NCBI GenBank assembly: GCA_013816645.1
Contig: JACDEC010000017.1
Span: 1-16,004 of the forward strand
DNA length: 16,004 bases
Direction: 5' to 3'
Source of the DNA: Planctomycetota bacterium
GTDB lineage: Bacteria > Planctomycetota > UBA11346
Position numbers and translations under genes: made by a program. The notes beneath the pieces are model-generated. The model had not been told where the DNA came from. It did no database searches and was given only the letters and a program-made list of their open reading frames with translations. Within the stretch, counting starts at the first letter, position 1; every line of letters begins with the position of its first letter. Below, piece after piece: positions 8,308 through 13,961 of this stretch.

Positions 8308-8664
8308 CGACCCCATCTGCGCATGTGCACCGAGTAGTGCTCCCTTGAGCGCCTCGATCCGTGCGTGGTGAGTCAAAACCCCCCGGTCCATCACTCGACG
8401 TAAGTACCATTCCTGGCGCAGCCGAGCCTATTTTCCCTGCCTCCGCTCGCAGCAGGCGGGAGCGAGGTCCGTTCCGACATTCGCGCGAATGATCGAACGT
8501 GTGCAGTGACGCTGCTGCACCTCCGTCGGCATGAATTACCAGCCCTACGTCATGAAAAATGCATCACCGACCGTATGATAGTGCTAGTTTAATCATTTAT
8601 CCGGCGTCCTAGGCTCTCGCGCCCTATTGGTTTCGTGCAAAAAGCGAAATCTCCTGGAGTCGCC
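8308..8664. promoter_or_regulatory. Long, comparatively AT-rich 5' leader and promoter region of the large adhesin gene. Contains imperfect palindromes gtgcagtgacgctgctgcac and tgatagtgctagtttaatca, and possible -10 TATGAT
   Basis: 357 bp with no convincing ORF and far lower GC than its surroundings (for example catgaaaaatgcatcaccgaccgtatgatagtgctagtttaatcatttatcc). It lies immediately upstream of ATG 8665, which has GGAG at 8656-8659. Confidence 0.3.
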
Positions 8665-10206
8665 ATGTTTGAGCCAGTCCGCCTGACCTCATCTTTCCTG
8701 TCCAGTCGGCTGATCGGCGCGGCTGCGCTGGCATTGGCGCTGCTCTGCGCTGCACCAGCTCACGCAGCGAATGTGCGCTGGGACGGTGGCGGCGCGGATG
8801 GCCAGTGGTCGAATCCGCTGAACTGGAAAAATGACGCGGTGCCGGGTTCCGGCGACAGCGTCGCCTTTCCGGCCAATTACGTGACAGCGCCGCTGGCGGT
8901 GAATCTCAGCGCGCCGGTCACCGTCGGCGCGCTCACCCTGGCGACGTCGAGCCCAGTGAGCTTCACCGGCGCCACGATCACCGTGAACAAGCGGATCGTC
9001 GTCAACTTCGGCAGTCACAGCATCGCCAATGCGATCGACGGGAAGAATGGATCCGATCTGCTGATCATCGTCGGCACCGGCAGCTCGCTCGCGCTCAGCG
9101 GCGCCATCTCGGTCAGCAACAACAAGATCCTGGCGCTGACCCGCGACGGTGCGGTGACGATGTCCGGGGCGCTCAGCGGCACGGGCGTGCAACTGGTCGT
9201 CGGCGGGGCGGGCAGCCTCACCCTGTCTGGTGCGAGCACCTATACCGGATCGACCAGCATCAATGGAGGCACCGTGATGGTCGTGGCCAACGCGCCGGTC
9301 TTGGCCGCGGGTCCGTTCGGCGACGCCGCATCCGCCATCAACATCGGCAATATCGTCACCGCCGCCAACATCTCGATCCATGCCGCCAACGGCGTGACGA
9401 TCGGCCGTCCCGTCACGGTCTCGGCGAATGCGACCGGAAGCGTCACCGTGGGGGCAGCGAGCGGCGCAGTCAGCTTCGCGGGCGCGATCACCCTCGAGCG
9501 CGGAGCCACCCTCAGCGCACCTGCCGGTGCCACAGCGACGTTCTCGGGAGCCATCAGCGGCGCAGGCTTCGGCGTGACCAAGAGCGGTGCCGGCACCGGC
9601 GCCCTGGACAACGCGCTCAACACCTACACCGGCGCCACCACGGTGGCGGCCGGCGTGCTGCTCGCCAATGGCGCGACCCAGGCGACCGGGACGGCCGTCA
9701 GCACGGTCACCGTCGCCAGTGGCGCCACCCTGGGCGGCGCCGGTCGGATTGCCGGCACTGTCAGCGTCGCTGCAGGCGGCACCCTGGCTCCCGGCAATGC
9801 CAGCGGCATCGGCACGCTCACCGTCAATGGCGACGTCACGGTGCCGGCTGGGGCAATCCTGCGCGTGCACCTCAATGGCGCCACGCCGAGCCAATCCGGC
9901 AAGCTGGCAGTCACTGCCGGCACGGTCTCGCTCGCAGGCAACCTGGTGGTCAACCTGAGCCCGGCCTCGGTGTTCTCCACCGGGTGGACCATCCTCGACA
10001 AAGGTGCCGCAGGCGCGATCTCTGGCACCTTCGCCGGCAAGCCCGAGGGCGCCGCCTTCGCGGCGAATGGCCGCGGACTGCAGATCACGTACGTCGCGGA
10101 ACCAACAGCAACGACATCCTGCTCGCTGATATCGGACCGACCACCAACCCGGAAGTCCTCAGCCTGTCCCCCGCCTTCGGCACCACGCGCGGCGGCGACA
10201 GCGTGA
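8665..10206 (+). CDS. Large surface adhesin, N-terminal segment as sequenced: signal peptide plus autotransporter-associated beta-strand (PATR) repeat region. The reading frame breaks near 10093-10100 and continues in frame 0 (see next feature)
   Basis: ATG 8665 with GGAG 5 nt upstream. The ORF track starts at GTG 8635. Signal peptide MFEPVRLTSSFLSSRLIGAAALALALLCAAPAHA|AN. Then WDGGGADGQWSNPLNWKNDAVPGSGDSVAF, repeated LTLSGASTYTGSTSINGGTV-type PATR units, and the typical passenger end GTLTVNGDVTV...GRGLQITYV. The last ~36 codons before the stop at 10206 (AEPTATTSCSL...) are off-frame garbage. Confidence 0.75.
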   Translation: MFEPVRLTSSFLSSRLIGAAALALALLCAAPAHAANVRWDGGGADGQWSNPLNWKNDAVPGSGDSVAFPANYVTAPLAVNLSAPVTVGALTLATSSPVSFTGATITVNKRIVVNFGSHSIANAIDGKNGSDLLIIVGTGSSLALSGAISVSNNKILALTRDGAVTMSGALSGTGVQLVVGGAGSLTLSGASTYTGSTSINGGTVMVVANAPVLAAGPFGDAASAINIGNIVTAANISIHAANGVTIGRPVTVSANATGSVTVGAASGAVSFAGAITLERGATLSAPAGATATFSGAISGAGFGVTKSGAGTGALDNALNTYTGATTVAAGVLLANGATQATGTAVSTVTVASGATLGGAGRIAGTVSVAAGGTLAPGNASGIGTLTVNGDVTVPAGAILRVHLNGATPSQSGKLAVTAGTVSLAGNLVVNLSPASVFSTGWTILDKGAAGAISGTFAGKPEGAAFAANGRGLQITYVAEPTATTSCSLISDRPPTRKSSACPPPSAPRAAATA

Positions 10207-12686
10207 CCCTCACCGGCCTGCTGCTCACCGGCCCGTCCGGCGGACTGACGCCCACGGTGAGCTTCGCGGGCGTGGCCGGGGCGGTCACCGCGTCGACCCC
10301 GACCTCGGTCACGGTGACCACGCCGGACCTGTCGATCGGCGCTTCGACCCAACTGGTGGATGTCGCGTTGACCGTCAACGGCAACACCTCGACCGTGCTG
10401 CTCGGCTTCGAGTACCGGCGTCCCGTCCTGACCGTCACCGCCGCCAACGCCTCCCGCATCCATGGCACGGCGAACCCGGCTTTCGGCGTGTCCTTCGCCG
10501 GATTGGTCGCGCCGGACAGCGATCCGCTCGCGGTGGTCAGCGGCACGGTGGCATACGCCACCGCTGCGACGCCCACCTCGTCACCGAACGGCTACGCCAT
10601 CGAGCCTTCGGGCCTGACCAGCGCCGACTACGCGATCGTGTACGTCAACGGCCTGCTCACCGTCACCCAGGCACCGCCGACCATCAACTGGTCGACGCCT
10701 GCGCCGATCGCTTACACGACGGGTGGCGCGGCCCTGCCGGCCAGCGCGCTCAACGCCACGATCAGCGACGTCAATCTCGGTCTCGCGCTGACCGACCCCA
10801 CCACCGGGACGATCGCCTATACGCCGGCCTCAGGCACGCTGCTCAACGCCGGGTCCCACGCGCTCACGGTGACCTACACGCCGCTGATCGACAGCGCCTA
10901 CGACGACAACTGCCTGCAGACCAGTGGAACGGTGTACCAGATCGTCACGGCGATCCCGGTGACCATCACCTGGGCCAATCCCGCCGACATCACCTATGGC
11001 ACCGCGCTGGATGCGTCGCAGCTGAACGCCACGAGCGGGGGCGTCCCTGGCAGCTTCATCTACACGCCCGCGTCGGGCATCCGATTGTCCGCCGGCGACG
11101 CCCAGACGCTCAGCACCACCTTCACCCCCAGCGACCCCAACTACGCGACCACCACCACGACGGCCACGATCGACGTGCTGGCCAAGGCGCTGACCATCAC
11201 CGCCGATGACGCCGCCAAGGTCTACGGCGCAGCCAATCCCGATTTCGCCGCATCCTACGACGGTTTCGTCACCGGCGACGACGAGGACGATCTCGGCGGA
11301 AGCCTCGCCTTCGCCACCAGCGCCGACGCCAGCAGCGCGGTCGGCGACTACGACGTCACCCCGAGCGGGCTGACCAGCACCAACTACGTGATCGCCTTCG
11401 CCGATGGTACCCTGTCGATCACCGCCAAGGCGCTGACCATCACCGCCGATGACGCCGCCAAGGTCTACGGCGCAGCCAATCCCGATTTCGCCGCATCCTA
11501 CGACGGTTTCGTCACCGGCGACGACGAGGACGATCTCGGCGGAAGCCTCGCCTTCGCCACCAGCGCCGACGCCAGCAGCGCGGTCGGCGACTACGACGTC
11601 ACCCCGAGCGGATCGACCAGCACCAACTACGCGATCACCTTCGCCGACGGCACCCTGTCGATCACCGCCAAGGCGCTGACCATCACCACCGTCAACTCCA
11701 CCAAGGTCTACGGCGAAGCCAATCCCGATTTCGCCGCATCCTACGACGGTTTCGTCACCGGCGACGACGAGGACGACCTGGGCGGGAGCCTCGCCTTCGC
11801 CACCAGCGCCGACGCCAGCAGCGCGATCGGCGACTACGCCGTCACCCCGAGCGGGCTGACCAGCACCAACTACGCGATCACCTTCGCCGATGGCACGCTC
11901 ACGGTCGGCGCCAGGACCCTGACCGTCACGACGAACGCGTGCTCCAAGGTCTATGGCGCGGCCAACTCGGACTTCGCGGTCAGCTATACGGGATTCGCCA
12001 TCGGCGACGACGTCAGCGACCTCGGCGGCCTCCTGGCCTTCACCACCACCGCCACCGCGGCCAGCGCGGTCGGCGCCTACGACGTCACCCCGGGCGGACT
12101 GACCAGCACCACGTACGCGATCACCTTCGTGAAGGGCACGCTCACCGTGACCAAGCAGGAGCTGGTGGTGACCGCCGATCACAAGCTCGTCGCCAAGGGC
12201 GCGACCATCATCCCGGCCTCGCTGACCTGGACCGCGACCGGCTTCGTCGCCGGCGACGGCGCGGGCAGCGCCTTCAGCGGAGCGCCCGAACTCGGGACCA
12301 GCGCTGACGCCGCCACCGTCGGCTCCTATCCCATCACCATCGCCATCGGCACGCTGGCTTCGACCAACTACAGCTTCTCGCTGGTCGGGGGCACACTCGA
12401 CGTCTACGTCCTGGATGTGACCAGCATCACGGTCAGCGGCACGATCACCGGCAGCAGCGCCACGACCGCGACGATCAGCTCCGGAACCATCACCAAGACC
12501 GGATCGACCTGGTCGGCGGCGGTCCCTCTGCCCGGCGCAACGTCCAGGACAGTGACGGTGCAGGCCCACGATCGCGGCAAGCATTCCACCCTGCTGCCGA
12601 TCACCATCGACGAGGGTGATGTCCCGGTGCCGAAACCGTCCTCCAGCCTGCCGCCTGTGCCGCTGATGCCCGCGGCGAAGGGATGA
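9984..12686 (+). CDS. Large surface adhesin, C-terminal segment (frame 0): IPT/TIG domain followed by ~8 MBG/YG-type repeat domains. Genuine codons begin about 10096. ATG 9984 and the following ~37 codons are an artefact of the frameshift
   Basis: Frame 0 from ~10096 reads GTNSNDILLADIG, which completes the PATR terminal ITYxGGxxNDxxL consensus. Then PEVLSLSPAFGTTRGGDSVTLTG...VSFAGVAGAVTASTPTSVTVTTP, which is IPT/TIG. Then repeated units such as KVYGAANPDFAASYDGFVTGDDEDDLGGSLAFATSADASSAVGDYDVTPSGLTSTNYAITFADGTLSIT, which are MBG/YG-type. There is no C-terminal beta-barrel translocator domain. Confidence 0.75.
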   Translation: MDHPRQRCRRRDLWHLRRQARGRRLRGEWPRTADHVRRGTNSNDILLADIGPTTNPEVLSLSPAFGTTRGGDSVTLTGLLLTGPSGGLTPTVSFAGVAGAVTASTPTSVTVTTPDLSIGASTQLVDVALTVNGNTSTVLLGFEYRRPVLTVTAANASRIHGTANPAFGVSFAGLVAPDSDPLAVVSGTVAYATAATPTSSPNGYAIEPSGLTSADYAIVYVNGLLTVTQAPPTINWSTPAPIAYTTGGAALPASALNATISDVNLGLALTDPTTGTIAYTPASGTLLNAGSHALTVTYTPLIDSAYDDNCLQTSGTVYQIVTAIPVTITWANPADITYGTALDASQLNATSGGVPGSFIYTPASGIRLSAGDAQTLSTTFTPSDPNYATTTTTATIDVLAKALTITADDAAKVYGAANPDFAASYDGFVTGDDEDDLGGSLAFATSADASSAVGDYDVTPSGLTSTNYVIAFADGTLSITAKALTITADDAAKVYGAANPDFAASYDGFVTGDDEDDLGGSLAFATSADASSAVGDYDVTPSGSTSTNYAITFADGTLSITAKALTITTVNSTKVYGEANPDFAASYDGFVTGDDEDDLGGSLAFATSADASSAIGDYAVTPSGLTSTNYAITFADGTLTVGARTLTVTTNACSKVYGAANSDFAVSYTGFAIGDDVSDLGGLLAFTTTATAASAVGAYDVTPGGLTSTTYAITFVKGTLTVTKQELVVTADHKLVAKGATIIPASLTWTATGFVAGDGAGSAFSGAPELGTSADAATVGSYPITIAIGTLASTNYSFSLVGGTLDVYVLDVTSITVSGTITGSSATTATISSGTITKTGSTWSAAVPLPGATSRTVTVQAHDRGKHSTLLPITIDEGDVPVPKPSSSLPPVPLMPAAKG
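11181..12152 (+). repeat. Four tandem 243-bp (81-codon) MBG-domain repeat units in the adhesin gene
   Basis: Units start at 11181, 11424, 11667 and 11910, all codon-aligned. Units 1 and 2 differ at only ~8 nt. Unit 3 is ~90% identical and unit 4 more diverged. A fifth, degenerate unit follows (~12153-12395). Confidence 0.85.
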
Positions 12687-13036
12687 ACATCATGAACTCC
12701 CGCAACGGATCGACTCTCATGCGCAGACTGCTCCTGAGCTTCGGCTCCCGCTTCACCCTCCTGTGCCTGATGGCGGCGGTGGCGACCACCGTGGGCTGCG
12801 GCGGTGGGGGAGGAGGCGGGGGTGGAGGCGTGACTCCCACGGTCTCGCTCGGCAGCGTGACGCTCTCCGGCCAGGTCGAGTTCCCCGGCACCGTCGAGGT
12901 GCAGGTCGATGGCGCACCCGCGGTGGTCTCGGGCACCACCTGGACCTTCACCACCACCCAGGTCACGGCGATACGACGTGACGATGAGCGAAGGGGGCAC
13001 GCTGCTCGCCCATCGGAGCGTGGTGGTTCACGCTAA
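12683..13036 (+). CDS. Small putative lipoprotein with a Gly10 linker. Start and 3' end are uncertain
   Basis: ATG 12683 overlaps the adhesin stop (ATGA). Alternative in-frame starts are ATG 12692 (AGGG ~9 nt upstream) and ATG 12719 (MRRLLLSFGSRFTLLCLMAAVATTVGC, a classical-length lipoprotein signal with lipobox-like TVG|C). The Cys codon is at 12797-12799, followed by GGGGGGGGGG (12800-12829) and then VTPTVSLGSVTLSGQVEFPGTVEVQVDGAPAVVSGTTWTFTTTQVTA. The last ~23 codons use rare codons (ata, cga, agg, ggg, tca), so the true C-terminus is doubtful. Confidence 0.5.
   Translation: MNIMNSRNGSTLMRRLLLSFGSRFTLLCLMAAVATTVGCGGGGGGGGGGVTPTVSLGSVTLSGQVEFPGTVEVQVDGAPAVVSGTTWTFTTTQVTAIRRDDERRGHAARPSERGGSR
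12800..12829 (+). repeat. (GGN)10 tract encoding a poly-glycine run. Contains two G5 homopolymer stretches
   Basis: Direct read: ggcggtgggggaggaggcgggggtggaggc. Confidence 0.9.
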
Positions 13037-13172
13037 GAGACACCTGGCCCGGGCGAGGCTGGTGGACAAGGCAAGGCTATTAGCCCCCGAGGGATGGACA
13101 TAACGGTCCGGCCACCGATTCCGCTTCGATAACGTGCGCTGGGTATAGCATCGGTCGCCCAAGGCGAACCCG

Positions 13173-13931
13173 ATGGATGAGATGCTCACCGCCGCCACTG
13201 CCGTACCGACCGCATTGTTCAGCGGCCTGCTGCTGGTGGCGTTGGCCTACTGGCTGCTGGTGGCGATGGGCCAGATGGACATCGACATGTTCCACATCCA
13301 CACCGACCACGGCGAGGTCGGCGACCTCGGCCACCACGGCGCGCTCGACTTCCTGTCGATCGGCAAGGTGCCCCTGACCCTGCTGTTGACCCTGTTCCTG
13401 CTCATCGCCTGGTCGCTCTCGATGAGCGCCGAACTGTCGCTGCGCGCTCCCCTGTCGTCGATCCTGCCGTCCTGGGCCTACGCCACGATCGCCGGAGCCG
13501 GCGCGACCATCGCCGCGCTGTTCGGCACCGCGGCGGCCGCCCGGCCGCTGCGCAAGCTGTTCACGCTCGACACGGTGCACGCCCACCAGGCGCTGGTCGG
13601 CCGCCAGGCGACCATCACCTCCGGCCAGGTCGACGAGCGCTTCGGCACCGCGAGCATCGCCACCGACGGTCCCGACATCCTGCTCAACGTGATCTGCGCG
13701 ACCGGGATGCGCCTGGCCCGCGGCGAGCAGGCGGTGGTGGTCGAGCACGACGCCGAGCGCGACCTCTACCTCGTCGCGCCCCTCCCGCACCTGCGCCCCG
13801 GTTTCCTCGCCACCGGCATCGACGGAACGCCGGCCGAGCAGCCGCCAGCGCCGGTCCTACCGGCGGCGACGCTGCCCGCGAATCTTCCTGCCAACGCTGC
13901 GCCGCCGGCGCGCGCCACCGAATCCGCCTGA
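13173..13931 (+). CDS. NfeD-like / YqiJ-family (DUF1449) inner-membrane protein with a C-terminal OB-fold domain. Partner of the downstream flotillin
   Basis: 252 aa. AAGG sits 8 nt upstream of ATG 13173. Hydrophobic segments are LFSGLLLVALAYWLLVAMG, VPLTLLLTLFLLIAWSL and WAYATIAGAGATIAALFG. The C-terminal part GRQATITSGQVDERFGTASIATDGPDILLNVICATGMRLARGEQAVVVEHDAERDLYLVAP resembles an NfeD OB-fold. Gene order matches E. coli yqiJ-yqiK. Confidence 0.75.
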   Translation: MDEMLTAATAVPTALFSGLLLVALAYWLLVAMGQMDIDMFHIHTDHGEVGDLGHHGALDFLSIGKVPLTLLLTLFLLIAWSLSMSAELSLRAPLSSILPSWAYATIAGAGATIAALFGTAAAARPLRKLFTLDTVHAHQALVGRQATITSGQVDERFGTASIATDGPDILLNVICATGMRLARGEQAVVVEHDAERDLYLVAPLPHLRPGFLATGIDGTPAEQPPAPVLPAATLPANLPANAAPPARATESA

Positions 13932-13949
13932 ACCGCAACTGAACCGCAA
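13928..13949 (+). repeat. Perfect 11-bp tandem direct repeat ctgaaccgcaa x2, spanning the stop codon of the NfeD-like gene and the 30-bp spacer before the flotillin gene
   Basis: Direct read: gcCTGAACCGCAACTGAACCGCAAcctggagctcccATG. Confidence 0.85.
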
Positions 13950-13961
13950 CCTGGAGCTCCC

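Noticed and set aside
8689-9894. 401-aa minus-strand ORF antisense to the PATR region of the adhesin
   Set aside because: Antisense to a recognisable repeat protein. Composition artefact
10085-10105. Programmed ribosomal frameshift as an explanation for the adhesin frame break (likewise for the sigma factor)
   Set aside because: No X XXY YYZ slippery heptamer or downstream pseudoknot-like structure at either site. Both are better explained by indels (sequencing error or mutation)
10830-12584. 584-aa minus-strand ORF with its own internal repeats (GDGQRLGGDRQG...)
   Set aside because: Its repeats are simply the reverse complement of the MBG tandem repeats on the plus strand. The plus-strand frame has conserved YG/NY domain motifs and a signal peptide
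13100-13172. Sigma-70 promoter upstream of the NfeD-like gene (ttcgat ... tatagc)
   Set aside because: Hexamer matches are poor and the spacing is off (13 or 15 bp). Left as unannotated intergenic sequence
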